Source: Anaerolineae bacterium (GTDB taxonomy: Bacteria; Chloroflexota; Anaerolineae; Epilineales; JAHCIE01). Taken from it: a DNA stretch of 64,000 nt. The notes under the pieces were generated by a model. The model made no database searches. It saw only the letters and a program-made list of their open reading frames with translations, and was not told the origin of the DNA. The stretch covers positions 23,955-87,954 of the forward strand of contig DAOUDG010000057.1 in the NCBI GenBank assembly GCA_034431435.1, read 5' to 3'. Shown here one piece after another: positions 9,913 through 18,333 of the stretch; the first letter of the stretch is position 1, and every line of letters starts with the position of its first letter. Made by a program: the position numbers and the translations under genes.

Positions 9913-10698
9913 CTACTGGGGCTTGTATGCCCGCACCTTGAGGCTGTACAGGCCGCCCAACTCACCGTCGTCGCTGTCGCTGGACCGCGCCAATGCCTCG
10001 ACCCTCTCAAACCCCGCTGCCGCCATCTTCGCCAGGTATTCGCTCTCCGGCAGCGCACCGGCGATGCAGCCCGCCCATAGCTCCAGGTCGCGCTTCACAT
10101 CGGCGGGCAGGTTGCCGGTCGTCACCATGTCCGATATCACCAGCCGACCGCCGGGGCGCAGCACACGCAGCGCCTCGCGAAACACGGCGTCCTTATCGGT
10201 CGATAGGTTGATAACGCAGTTCGAGATAATCAGGTCCACGCTGTCGGTGGCGACGGGCAGATCCTCGATGAAGCCCTGGCGAAACTCGACGTTGGCCACG
10301 GCCATGCGCGCGGCGGCGTCGCGCGCCCGCGTCAGCATAGCCGGCGTCATGTCGACACCGATGACGTGGCCGCTGGGGCCGACGTGGCGCGCCGTGATGA
10401 AACAGTCCAGCCCGCCGCCGCTGCCCAGGTCCAGCGCCGTCTCGCCCGGCTGAGGCTGGGCGAAGGCGATGGGGTTGCCGCAGCCGAGGCTGAACGTCGC
10501 CACCTCCTCGGCCAGCCCCGTCAATTCCTCGCTGCTGTAATACACTGTCCCCGACGTGGGGTCAGCGGGCGCGGCCTCACCGCAGCACGACGATGCGGAT
10601 GGTCCACAGCAACTCCCGCTCGTGGTCGCGGCCGTCGCGTACCGCTCGCGTACCGCCGCGCGTACAGTGTCCGTATCCATCAAGTTCAAGTCTGACAC
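9913..10698 (-). CDS. arsM: Arsenite S-adenosylmethionine methyltransferase
   Basis: N-terminal SCCG..SCCG, GCGNP, SAM motif DLGSGGG, SNCVINL, WAGCIAGA. GTG start 10698 after aaggagg. Confidence 0.92.
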   Translation of the reverse strand: MSDLNLMDTDTVRAAVRERYATAATTSGSCCGPSASSCCGEAAPADPTSGTVYYSSEELTGLAEEVATFSLGCGNPIAFAQPQPGETALDLGSGGGLDCFITARHVGPSGHVIGVDMTPAMLTRARDAAARMAVANVEFRQGFIEDLPVATDSVDLIISNCVINLSTDKDAVFREALRVLRPGGRLVISDMVTTGNLPADVKRDLELWAGCIAGALPESEYLAKMAAAGFERVEALARSSDSDDGELGGLYSLKVRAYKPQ

Positions 10699-10715
10699 AC
10701 TATCCTCCTTGCATC

Positions 10716-11153
10716 TCACGCATGACTGGTCTGGGCGACAAACTCGCCCAGCCAGATATCGATCTCGTCCCGTACCCGTCGAAACACGGCCAGTCGCGCC
10801 TCCGTGGCGCCGACAGCCGCGGCGGGGTCCTCGAAGCTGTGATGCAGCCGCTCGCCCGCGCCGGGGAACACAGGGCACGCCTCGTTGGCGTTGTCGCAGA
10901 CGGTGATGACATAGTCGAAGGGCTGATGGACGAACTCATGGATGCCCTTGCTGCGCGCCGTCGAGATGTCGATACCGCGCTCGGCCATGACTGCCACCGC
11001 CAGTGGGTTGAGGCCCTTCGGCTCCGTCCCCGCGCTGTAGACCTCGTACCCATCGCCGCCCCGCGCCCGCAGCAGCGCCTCCGCCATCTGTGACCGCGCC
11101 GAGTTCCCCGTGCACAGAATCAGCGCCCGTATTGGCCCATCAACCCTTGCCAT
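10716..11153 (-). CDS. arsC: Thioredoxin-type arsenate reductase (LMW-PTP fold)
   Basis: P-loop CTGNSARSQMAE, TVCD...CPVFPG, FEDPA. Start at ATG 11153 after ggag. Confidence 0.92.
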   Translation of the reverse strand: MARVDGPIRALILCTGNSARSQMAEALLRARGGDGYEVYSAGTEPKGLNPLAVAVMAERGIDISTARSKGIHEFVHQPFDYVITVCDNANEACPVFPGAGERLHHSFEDPAAAVGATEARLAVFRRVRDEIDIWLGEFVAQTSHA

Positions 11154-11189
11154 GCTGTCTCCATTGTCTACTCCCCAATCTCCGATCTC

Positions 11190-11379
11190 AGTCTCCATCA
11201 CCAGCGCCGACACTGGGCGCACCGACGTGAACTCCACCGACGCCAGCGCGGCGGTCGCTAGGGCCTCGCGCGCAACGGGGCGGAAGCCGAGGCGGGGAAG
11301 CATTCGCCAGCGGGGGCGGTGAGTAGATACACGCTCAGTGATGAGAGCCTTCACCCTGCGCAGGACGACATCCGAGCGA
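11190..11379 (-). pseudogene. Remnant of an ArsN2-like arsenic-resistance N-acetyltransferase (C-terminal half, 1-bp frameshift)
   Basis: One frame reads SVYLLTAPAGECFP and the adjacent frame continues RLGFRPVAREALATAALASVEFTSVRPVSALVM. Adding one base to the G4 run at 11294-11297 joins them into the YLLT...FPRLGF...SVEF...P.SA.VM pattern I recall for ArsN2. No N-terminal half is present. Confidence 0.6.
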
Positions 11380-11381
11380 GG

Positions 11382-11702
11382 TTAGCAGCACTCGCCAGCC
11401 GCCTCAAGCTCTTGGGTCAATGCTGTCACCTGCTCGCGCAGCCAGCGCAGCGTATCCTCATTGAGGCAGTAGCAACGCGCTGGCCCATCGACCGTGCCCG
11501 CCACGATGCCCGCCTCGCGCAGCACCTTGAGATGCTCGCTGACCGTCGATTGCGCCAGATTGCTGAAGACCACCAGATCGCCGGTGATGCACTGGGGATG
11601 CTCGGCCATATAGCGCACCATTTGCATCCGCAGCGGGTTGCCCAGGGCGCGAAAGAGGGCGACCAGACGCTCGCCATCGTCGGGGAGGGGAACCGTCTTC
11701 AT
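11382..11702 (-). CDS. arsR: ArsR/SmtB family repressor
   Basis: FRALGNPLRMQMV, LAQSTVSEHLKVLREAGIV, RCYC, C-terminal CC. First gene of the ars operon. Confidence 0.92.
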   Translation of the reverse strand: MKTVPLPDDGERLVALFRALGNPLRMQMVRYMAEHPQCITGDLVVFSNLAQSTVSEHLKVLREAGIVAGTVDGPARCYCLNEDTLRWLREQVTALTQELEAAGECC

Positions 11703-11713
11703 TGCCTGACTCC

Positions 11714-11765
11714 ATCGTAAAAAACCGATTATCGTCATTTTACGATAGAAGCGTGTGGTTGTCAA
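11714..11765 (-). promoter_or_regulatory. ars promoter TTGACA-N17-TAAAAT overlapped by an inverted-repeat operator
   Basis: Minus-strand -35 at 11765-11760 and -10 at 11742-11737. The inverted repeat atcgtaaaa (11714-11722) / ttttacgat (11738-11746) covers the -10. Confidence 0.75.
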
Positions 11766-11792
11766 GGGGGAGAAGGGGGCAATTGGGGGAAT

Positions 11793-12878
11793 CTACAGAA
11801 TCAGCATGGCGTCGCCGAAGCTGAAGAAGCGGTAGTCGCCCGCGATGGCGGCGTGGTAGGCGTCCCACATCAACTCGCGACCGGTGAAGGCCGCGACGAG
11901 CATCAGCAGCGTCGAGCGGGGCAGGTGAAAGTTAGTGATCATAGTGTCCACGGCGCGGAAGGTGAAGCCCGGCGTGATGAACAGCCGTGTCCAGCCGCTG
12001 TAGGCGGCGATAGGCGTGCGCGCGACGGGCGCGGTCAGCGCCGTGAAGTCGCGCGGCTGACCGGGGTCGATGTTGGCAGCGGCCAGCGCCGCCGACTCCA
12101 GCACTCGTACCGCCGTTGTGCCGACTGCCACCACTCGCCCACCGCCCGACCAGGTGGCGTTGATGCGCGCGGCGGTCGCTGCGCCCAACTCGGCCCACTC
12201 ACTGTGCATCACGTGCTGGCGAGCGTCCTCGACCTCGACGGGGCGGAATGTGTCCAGGCCCACGTGCAGCGTCACGAAGGCGAAGTCGACGCCTTGCTCG
12301 GCTAGGCGCGCAATGAGGGGCGGCGTGAAGTGCAGGCCCGCCGTAGGCGCGGCCGCCGAGCCGACGACGCGGTTGTAGACTGTCTGGTAGCGTTCGGGGT
12401 CAGCCAGCTTCGCGTGGATATAGGGGGGCAGGGGCGTCTCGCCCAGACGGTCGAGGAGTGGCTCGATGGGCGCAGCGAAGCGCACCAGTCGCCCGCCTGC
12501 CTCGGTCTCGCCAACGATCTCGGCCGTCGCCGCGCCGTCGCCCAGGACAAGCTGCGTCCCCGGCCGCAGGCGGTGGCCGCGCGCCAGCGTCTCCCACGTC
12601 ACGCCGTCCAGGGGCTTGAGGAGCAGAAGCTCCACCTGGCCGCCGCTGGCCTTGCGGGCGTGGAGGCGAGCCGGCCGCACGCGGCTGTCGTTGGCGACGA
12701 GCAGGTCGCCGGGCCGCAGGAAGGCGGGCAGGTCACGGAAGGTATGGTGGCTGAGCGCGCGGGTGGCGCGATCCACCACCAGCAGCCGTGACGAGTCGCG
12801 TGGCTCGATCGGCGTCTGGGCGATACGCTCGGTGGGCAGGTGGTAGTCGAAGTCGTGGGTGGCGAGGGGCGTAGTCAT
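11793..12878 (-). CDS. queA: tRNA preQ1(34) S-adenosylmethionine ribosyltransferase-isomerase
   Basis: DFDYHLP..RIAQTP, PLPPYI, YQTVY, GSAAAPTAGLHFT, LHVGLDTF, TNFHLPRSTLLML, YRFFSFGDAMLI. Confidence 0.97.
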   Translation of the reverse strand: MTTPLATHDFDYHLPTERIAQTPIEPRDSSRLLVVDRATRALSHHTFRDLPAFLRPGDLLVANDSRVRPARLHARKASGGQVELLLLKPLDGVTWETLARGHRLRPGTQLVLGDGAATAEIVGETEAGGRLVRFAAPIEPLLDRLGETPLPPYIHAKLADPERYQTVYNRVVGSAAAPTAGLHFTPPLIARLAEQGVDFAFVTLHVGLDTFRPVEVEDARQHVMHSEWAELGAATAARINATWSGGGRVVAVGTTAVRVLESAALAAANIDPGQPRDFTALTAPVARTPIAAYSGWTRLFITPGFTFRAVDTMITNFHLPRSTLLMLVAAFTGRELMWDAYHAAIAGDYRFFSFGDAMLIL

Positions 12879-12959
12879 GGGTCAGCCATATGGATGATAG
12901 GGTGGTCCGCAATCCGAACGAAAAGCATAGTCGCTGCCTCGATTACGGTCAACTTCCTG

Positions 12960-12989
12960 TTGACAGGGTCGCGGCGGGTGTGATACAAT
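12960..12989 (+). promoter_or_regulatory. sigma70-type promoter TTGACA-N18-TACAAT with extended TG
   Basis: -35 at 12960-12965, TG at 12981-12982, -10 at 12984-12989. Confidence 0.7.
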
Positions 12990-13020
12990 CTCGGCAACAC
13001 TCAGCAAGGAGGTGACGGCA

Positions 13021-13107
13021 ATGCGCTACGGCTTCATCATCGGCCTGTTCGTTGTTCCGGCCGGCGGTTCCAAGTCCCATAGCTGTAGTGCGCCTGTTCA
13101 CCATTAG
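13021..13107 (+). CDS. 28-aa leader ORF (MRYGFIIGLFVVPAGGSKSHSCSAPVHH), too short for the ORF track
   Basis: Near-perfect RBS aaggaggtga (13006-13015) directly after the promoter. ATG 13021, TAG 13105-13107. Confidence 0.7.
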   Translation: MRYGFIIGLFVVPAGGSKSHSCSAPVHH

Positions 13108-13122
13108 GTTTTGACCTATCCA

Positions 13123-13212
13123 CCGTGGGCGCGCTACCTGCCCACGGCGCTATCGTGCCTGTTGACCTCTTGGGTCTGCCGTGGGCCACCTGTCTGGCGC
13201 CACGGTATTTTT
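13123..13212 (+). terminator. Attenuator-like structure: alternative 1:2, 2:3 and 3:4 hairpins, the last followed by a T-tract
   Basis: Segment 1 ccgtgggc 13123-13130, segment 2 gcccacgg 13140-13147, segment 3 ccgtgggcca 13179-13188, segment 4 tggcgccacgg 13195-13205, then tattttt 13206-13212. Segment 2 is perfectly complementary to both segment 1 and segment 3. Confidence 0.7.
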
Positions 13213-13310
13213 GTGCCCGCGCTCCGTAACATCGCTAACAACCAGCGCGAGCATATCGACACGCTCATGCTGGTCTCAGCATCGCTGTCCTGACTTAGGA
13301 GGACACACGC

Positions 13311-14198
13311 ATGGTGCAAACACGACCGCTTTCTCTCAGCCAGGCCCTGCTGGCTGTCGAGCCGACCGGCCCCCTGGCCCTGGAGGTGCGGGAGGTCGTC
13401 AAGGGGTTCGACGGTCAGCGGACTGGTAGCTGGTGGCAGCGTGTGCGTGGCAAGGCCCCCGCTGCGGCAAGCCAGGTACGGGCTGTCGACCACGTCAGCT
13501 TCTCCGTCCGACGCGGCGAGATCTTCGGCATTCTTGGCCCCAACGGGTCGGGCAAGTCGACCCTGATTCGTCTCATCTCGACCCTGCTCATTCCCGACGC
13601 GGGTCAGATTACGGTCTTCGGTTACGATGTCGAGCGCGATGAGCTGCAGGTGAAGCGTATCATCAACCGCGTCTCCGTTGAGGCGGCCTTCTTCAAGAAG
13701 CTCAGCCCGATGGAGAACCTGCTGTACGCCGGCCGACTATACGGCCTGGATGGCGATACCATTCGCGAGCAGAGCGTCCAGATCCTGACACGGCTGGGGC
13801 TGGAGGGCAAGGCCCTCTACGCGCCGGTCGAGGAGATGTCGCGTGGTATGCAGCAGAAGGTTGCCATCGCGCGCGCGTTCCTGTCCTCGCCGACGCTACT
13901 GCTGCTGGACGAGCCAACGACTGGGCTGGACCCGCGCTCCAAGCGCGAGGTGCAGGCATTTGTCGAGGAATTGCGCGACAGCCACGACGCGACGGTCCTG
14001 CTGACCACTCACGACATGGATGAGGCCGAGGCGCTGTGCGAGCGCATCGCCATCATCGAGGGCGGCAAGATCGTGGCCCTCGATACCCCGGCCGGCCTGA
14101 AGGCCCTGGTGTCCCGCAACGGCCACGAGCCGACGCTGGAAGACGTCTTCATGGCTCTGACGGGCAAGACGCTGGACGACGACGAGGCGGTCGCCTGA
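13311..14198 (+). CDS. ABC exporter ATP-binding protein (DrrA/NodI-like)
   Basis: GPNGSGKST, MSRGMQQKVAIARA, LLLDEPTTGLDP, LTTHDMDEAE. RBS aggagg. Confidence 0.93.
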   Translation: MVQTRPLSLSQALLAVEPTGPLALEVREVVKGFDGQRTGSWWQRVRGKAPAAASQVRAVDHVSFSVRRGEIFGILGPNGSGKSTLIRLISTLLIPDAGQITVFGYDVERDELQVKRIINRVSVEAAFFKKLSPMENLLYAGRLYGLDGDTIREQSVQILTRLGLEGKALYAPVEEMSRGMQQKVAIARAFLSSPTLLLLDEPTTGLDPRSKREVQAFVEELRDSHDATVLLTTHDMDEAEALCERIAIIEGGKIVALDTPAGLKALVSRNGHEPTLEDVFMALTGKTLDDDEAVA

Positions 14199-14234
14199 GA
14201 GGGCGGCCGAGAAACGACCAACGAGGAGCCACGG

Positions 14235-15215
14235 ATGAGCACCGTACTGACTGGCCTGGAGACCCTCACTCTGCGCGCCCCGACGCCGGATGACTTGCCG
14301 GCCGTCTACGAGTTGATTGTCGCCTGCGACATCGCCGACTCTGACACGGTGGATCTGAGCCTCGACGACCTGCGCGATGAGTGGGACGAGCTGGACCTGG
14401 CGCGCGATGCCTGGGTCTTGGTCGACTCCGACGGCCGGGCCGTCGGCTACGGCGCTCTCTTCCACAGGTATCACGTGCGCCTGCACGCCGACGGCTATGT
14501 CCACCCCGATGCGCGGGGCCAGGGTATCGGCACGCGGCTGCAGGAACTGATGGAGGCACGGGCCAGGGAACATGTCCCTCTCGCGCCGCCAGATGCCCGC
14601 GTCGTCCTGCGCAATTCGACCAACGCTGGCGATGCACAGTCGCGGCGACTGCTAGAAGGTCGCGGCTATCAGCCTGTGCGCTACTTCTGGCGCATGGACA
14701 TCGACCTGACCGCGCCGCCGCCCGCGCCAGTGTGGCCGGCGGGCATCACGCTCCGCAACCTGGTGGTCGGGCAGAACGAGTTGGCCCTCTATACCGCCCT
14801 CACCGAGGCCTTCCGCGATCATTGGGGTCATCTGCCCGAGACGTTCGACAGCTGGCGGAAGCGCATCATCGACAAGCCTGACTTCGACCCCGGCCTGTCG
14901 TTCGTTGCCTTCGATGGCGACGAGGTGGCGGGCGCTGTGCGCGGCGGCTACCGAATGGAAGACGGCTGGGTGCAGACGTTGGGCGTGCGTCGTCCCTGGC
15001 GGCGGCGCGGCCTGGGTGAGGCCTTGCTGTTGCAGTCCTTTGGTGAGTTCTACCGTCGCGGCACACGCCGGGTTGGCCTGGGCGTCGACGCGGCCAGTCC
15101 TACCGGGGCGACGCGCCTCTATGAGCGCGCCGGGATGCGTGTCAGCCGCGAGTTCGCCGTCTACGAGATTGAGTTGCGGCCGGGCCGCGACCTGGAGGCT
15201 ATGAGCGAACTATGA
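14235..15215 (+). CDS. Tandem-domain GNAT acetyltransferase (MshD-like architecture)
   Basis: Two acetyl-CoA motif A segments (VHPDARGQGIG; VRRPWRRRGLG), and GVDAASPTGATRLYERAGM. Confidence 0.85.
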   Translation: MSTVLTGLETLTLRAPTPDDLPAVYELIVACDIADSDTVDLSLDDLRDEWDELDLARDAWVLVDSDGRAVGYGALFHRYHVRLHADGYVHPDARGQGIGTRLQELMEARAREHVPLAPPDARVVLRNSTNAGDAQSRRLLEGRGYQPVRYFWRMDIDLTAPPPAPVWPAGITLRNLVVGQNELALYTALTEAFRDHWGHLPETFDSWRKRIIDKPDFDPGLSFVAFDGDEVAGAVRGGYRMEDGWVQTLGVRRPWRRRGLGEALLLQSFGEFYRRGTRRVGLGVDAASPTGATRLYERAGMRVSREFAVYEIELRPGRDLEAMSEL

Positions 15216-16042
15216 CCCTAAACTCTGTCACGACTGAGGTACGCGCCTCATACGCATTTGTCGAACGCAACTTCAACCTGGTCAGGCGCTATTGGGGCTG
15301 GGAAGCCGTGTGGATCATGTACGGCATTGCCAACGCCCTGGCGGTGACCTACATTGGCGCGGGTATGGGCGCCCTCACCGGCCAGACCGTGGACACCGAT
15401 TTCCTGGTCATGTACCTGCTGATCGGTACGGTGGTGTGGCGCTACCTGTCCATCGTCTTCGACTCGCTGAGCGAGATGATCATGTGGGAGCGTTGGGAGG
15501 GGACCATTGAGTACACGTTCATGGCTCCCGTCAGCCGCCTGACCCACATGGTCGGCCAGACCATCTTTTCGGTGGTGTACGGTCTGATGCAGGCGGGGCT
15601 GATTCTGCTGGCGGTGGCCCTGTTCTTCCACATCGACCTGACGCACGCCAACTTCTATGGCGCAACAGCGGTGCTGATGGCGGGTAGTCTGTCCTTCATC
15701 GGCGTCGGCATCATCGCCGCTGTCTTGCCCATGCTCTACCCGGAGCGCGGCGCGCAGATGACTAACTTTGCCCAGGCCGTATTCCTGCTGGCGTCGGGTA
15801 TCTACTATCCTATCACGGTGCTGCCGGAGTGGATGCAGACGATCGCGCGCCTGTCGCCCGCGACCTATGCGTTGATTGGCATACGGGCTGCCCTGCTGGA
15901 AGGCGCATCGCTGGCGACCTTGACGCCTATCATCCTGTTGCTCATTGTGGTCGGGGTGGTCACCATCCCCGTCGGTGTGTTCATCTTCGGCTGGGGCGAG
16001 CGCTACGCCAAGCGCACCGGCAAGTTGAAGCGTAACGGCTAA
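15212..16042 (+). CDS. ABC-2 type permease
   Basis: About six hydrophobic segments, ERWEGTIEYTFMAP, SGIYYPITVLPEW..PATYA. ATGA overlap with the upstream GNAT. Confidence 0.9.
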   Translation: MTLNSVTTEVRASYAFVERNFNLVRRYWGWEAVWIMYGIANALAVTYIGAGMGALTGQTVDTDFLVMYLLIGTVVWRYLSIVFDSLSEMIMWERWEGTIEYTFMAPVSRLTHMVGQTIFSVVYGLMQAGLILLAVALFFHIDLTHANFYGATAVLMAGSLSFIGVGIIAAVLPMLYPERGAQMTNFAQAVFLLASGIYYPITVLPEWMQTIARLSPATYALIGIRAALLEGASLATLTPIILLLIVVGVVTIPVGVFIFGWGERYAKRTGKLKRNG

Positions 16043-16047
16043 CGTTG

Positions 16048-16069
16048 GGGCAGGCCCCCGTGCCTGCCC
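16048..16069. repeat. REP-like hairpin gggcaggc-ccccgt-gcctgccc
   Basis: Perfect 8-bp stem between the permease and the first GNAT paralog. Confidence 0.5.
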
Positions 16070-16138
16070 TGGTGACCAGGAGAATGGCACGCGGACGAAC
16101 ACGGACGAGACGGATAGCCGAGAAGAGGAGAGAGCCCT

Positions 16139-17200
16139 ATGTTGTCTATCGAGACCTTTGACCCTAACCTGGCCAGCGACGACGACTGGCTGGCCTTGAA
16201 TACCTTCCACAACGCCTTGCGCGCCGAGGAGTGGCCGAACGACTTGCCGCTCCCCGCCGAGAAGACTCGCCTCGATATGACAGTCCGACCGCCACAGGAC
16301 CGTAGCTACGTCTGGATCGCGCGTGAGGGCGACGGGCGCATCATCGGCTGGGCGGGGCTATGGATGGAGGAGGCGGAGACCAATCAGCACCTGGGTTGGA
16401 CCACGGTGGGCATCTTGCCCGCCTGCCGGCGGCGTGGGATTGCCTCGCGTCTGCTGGCCGAGGTGGCGCCCGTCGCGCGCCAGCACGGGCGAACGATGCT
16501 GATGGGCGACACCGACGCCGACATACCGGCCGGCGCCGCGTTTGCCGAGGCGCTGGGCGCAACGCCAGGCCTGGCGACGAAGACGAATCAGTTGAACATC
16601 GCCGAGGTAGACCGGGCGATGCTACGGCAGTGGATTCAGCGCGCCCACGAGCGCGCCGAGGGTTTCAGCCTGGGTGTGTGGGAGGGTGCGGCTCCCGACG
16701 AGGACATCGACAACTTTGCCTATCTGCTGGAGTGGTCGTCCAACGACGAACCGCGCGGCGACCTGGCGATCGAGCACGAGACGTTCACCGTGCAGCAGAT
16801 GCGCGACTGGGAAGCCGCACTCCGCGCGCGGCGCTTCGAGCAGTGGATCGCCTGGGTTCGCGACGAGGCGACCGGCCGCCTGGCGGGCTACAGCACGGTA
16901 CGCTGGAACCCCTTTGAGCCGGACCGCCTGTGGCAGGCGGGCACAGGGGTGCTGCGCGAGTATCGTAACAAGGGCCTGGGCCGCTGGCTCAAGGCGGCTA
17001 TGCTGGAGAAGGTGCTGCGCGAGCGGCCAAGCGTGCGGGTCATCCGCACCGGCAACGCCGACACCAACGCGCCGATGCTAAAGATCAACCACGAGCTGGG
17101 CTTCAAGCCGGCCAAGAGCTGGATGCTGTATCAGATCACCATCGATGACCTGGAGAAGACCCTGAGCGCGCACGTACACGCCACGCTGGTGATGGTGTAG
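16139..17200 (+). CDS. Tandem-domain GNAT acetyltransferase, paralog 1 of 5
   Basis: NQHL, ILPACRRRGIA, EPRGDL, TGVLREYRNKGLGRWLKAAML, RTGNADTNAPMLKINHELGF. Confidence 0.9.
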   Translation: MLSIETFDPNLASDDDWLALNTFHNALRAEEWPNDLPLPAEKTRLDMTVRPPQDRSYVWIAREGDGRIIGWAGLWMEEAETNQHLGWTTVGILPACRRRGIASRLLAEVAPVARQHGRTMLMGDTDADIPAGAAFAEALGATPGLATKTNQLNIAEVDRAMLRQWIQRAHERAEGFSLGVWEGAAPDEDIDNFAYLLEWSSNDEPRGDLAIEHETFTVQQMRDWEAALRARRFEQWIAWVRDEATGRLAGYSTVRWNPFEPDRLWQAGTGVLREYRNKGLGRWLKAAMLEKVLRERPSVRVIRTGNADTNAPMLKINHELGFKPAKSWMLYQITIDDLEKTLSAHVHATLVMV

Positions 17201-17213
17201 GAAGGACACGACC

Positions 17214-18272
17214 ATGCAGATCCGAGACTTCGATCCCAAGGGCGCGGGCGACGACGAGATTCGCGCCATCCATGCCTTGCAGAGTCGCCTGCACGCCGAG
17301 ACCTGGCCCGAGGACAATCCGCTGCCCGTGGAGGACACTCTGAGCTGGCTGCGTCACATGCCGGCGATGATCGACTTCCGCGGCTGGGCCGTGTGGGACG
17401 ACGCTGGCGAGAGCGTCATCGCCCGCGCCGACTTTGAGACGTGGCGCACCGACGAGAACCAGCATCTGGGCGAGTTCTCCATCGGCGTCCTGCCGGCGAG
17501 TCGCCGGCAGGGACTCGCAACGCAGCTACTTGGCCCGATCGTCGACGAGGCGAAGGCCCGCAAGCGCCGCCTGCTCCACACTTGGGCCGATGCGGAGAAC
17601 GAGGGGGCGACCGGCTTTCTCACCTGGCTGGGGGCGCGGCCCGGCCTGACGATGACGAACAACCAGCTCGTCCTGGCCGAGGTTGACCGCGTGTTGATGC
17701 GCCAGTGGATCGAGCGCGGCGAGGCGAAGGCGCAGGGCTTTCGGCTGGAGCTCATCGACGGCCCGTACCCTGAGGCCGATATTCAGGCCATCTCGGACCT
17801 GTTCCGCGTGATGAACGACGCGCCGCGTGGCAGCCTGGACGTCGAGGACGAGGAGTACAAGGTCGAGCACATACGCCAGTGGGAAGGGACCATGATCAAG
17901 CGCGGCCTGGAACGCTGGCGCATGCAGGCGCGTCACATCGAGAGCGGCGAGCTGGCCGGCTTCACCGAGGTCGTGTGGAACCCGTACCGCCCCGACATCC
18001 TCCAGCAGTGGGGTACGGGCGTCAAGCCCACGTTCCGCGGCCTGGGCCTGGGTCGCTGGCTGAAGGCAGCTATGTTGGAGCAGGTGCTGCGCGAGCGTCC
18101 TAGCGTGCGCGTCATCCGCACCGGCAACGCCACCAGCAACGGGCCGATGCTGAAGATTAACTTCGACATGGGCTTCAAGCCCTACAAGGCCTTCCAGGTC
18201 TGGGAGGTCGAGACCGAGCAGGTGGCCCGTGTCCTGACCGAGAAGGAGGCCGTGCCCGCCCTTGCCTGGTAA
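17214..18272 (+). CDS. Tandem-domain GNAT acetyltransferase, paralog 2 of 5
   Basis: NQHL, VLPASRRQGLA, NDAPRGSL, TGVKPTFRGLGLGRWLKAAML, RTGNATSNGPMLKINFDMGF. Confidence 0.9.
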   Translation: MQIRDFDPKGAGDDEIRAIHALQSRLHAETWPEDNPLPVEDTLSWLRHMPAMIDFRGWAVWDDAGESVIARADFETWRTDENQHLGEFSIGVLPASRRQGLATQLLGPIVDEAKARKRRLLHTWADAENEGATGFLTWLGARPGLTMTNNQLVLAEVDRVLMRQWIERGEAKAQGFRLELIDGPYPEADIQAISDLFRVMNDAPRGSLDVEDEEYKVEHIRQWEGTMIKRGLERWRMQARHIESGELAGFTEVVWNPYRPDILQQWGTGVKPTFRGLGLGRWLKAAMLEQVLRERPSVRVIRTGNATSNGPMLKINFDMGFKPYKAFQVWEVETEQVARVLTEKEAVPALAW

Positions 18273-18287
18273 GGCGGGCTTTCCATA

Positions 18288-18319
18288 GGGGAGGGGGAAC
18301 GGTCGCGTTCCCCCTCCCC
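18288..18319. repeat. Perfect 13-bp GC-rich hairpin between GNAT paralogs 2 and 3
   Basis: ggggagggggaac (18288-18300) / gttccccctcccc (18307-18319). Confidence 0.55.
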
Positions 18320-18333
18320 CAGGAGTTTATACC

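Noticed and set aside
11154-11354. 67-aa N-terminal extension of ArsC proposed by the ORF track
   Set aside because: ArsC homology starts at ATG 11153, which has its own RBS. The extension is the arsN2-like remnant plus heptamer repeats.
11351-11371. Possible selenocysteine read-through ORF MSSCAG-TGA between arsR and arsC
   Set aside because: It has no RBS and no SECIS-like hairpin that I could identify. The downstream frame is better explained as a GNAT pseudogene.
13111-13293. 60-aa TTG-start ORF in the ABC operon leader
   Set aside because: It has no RBS and non-protein-like composition, and it spans the attenuator hairpins. It could still matter as a read-through frame, but I cannot support it as a gene.
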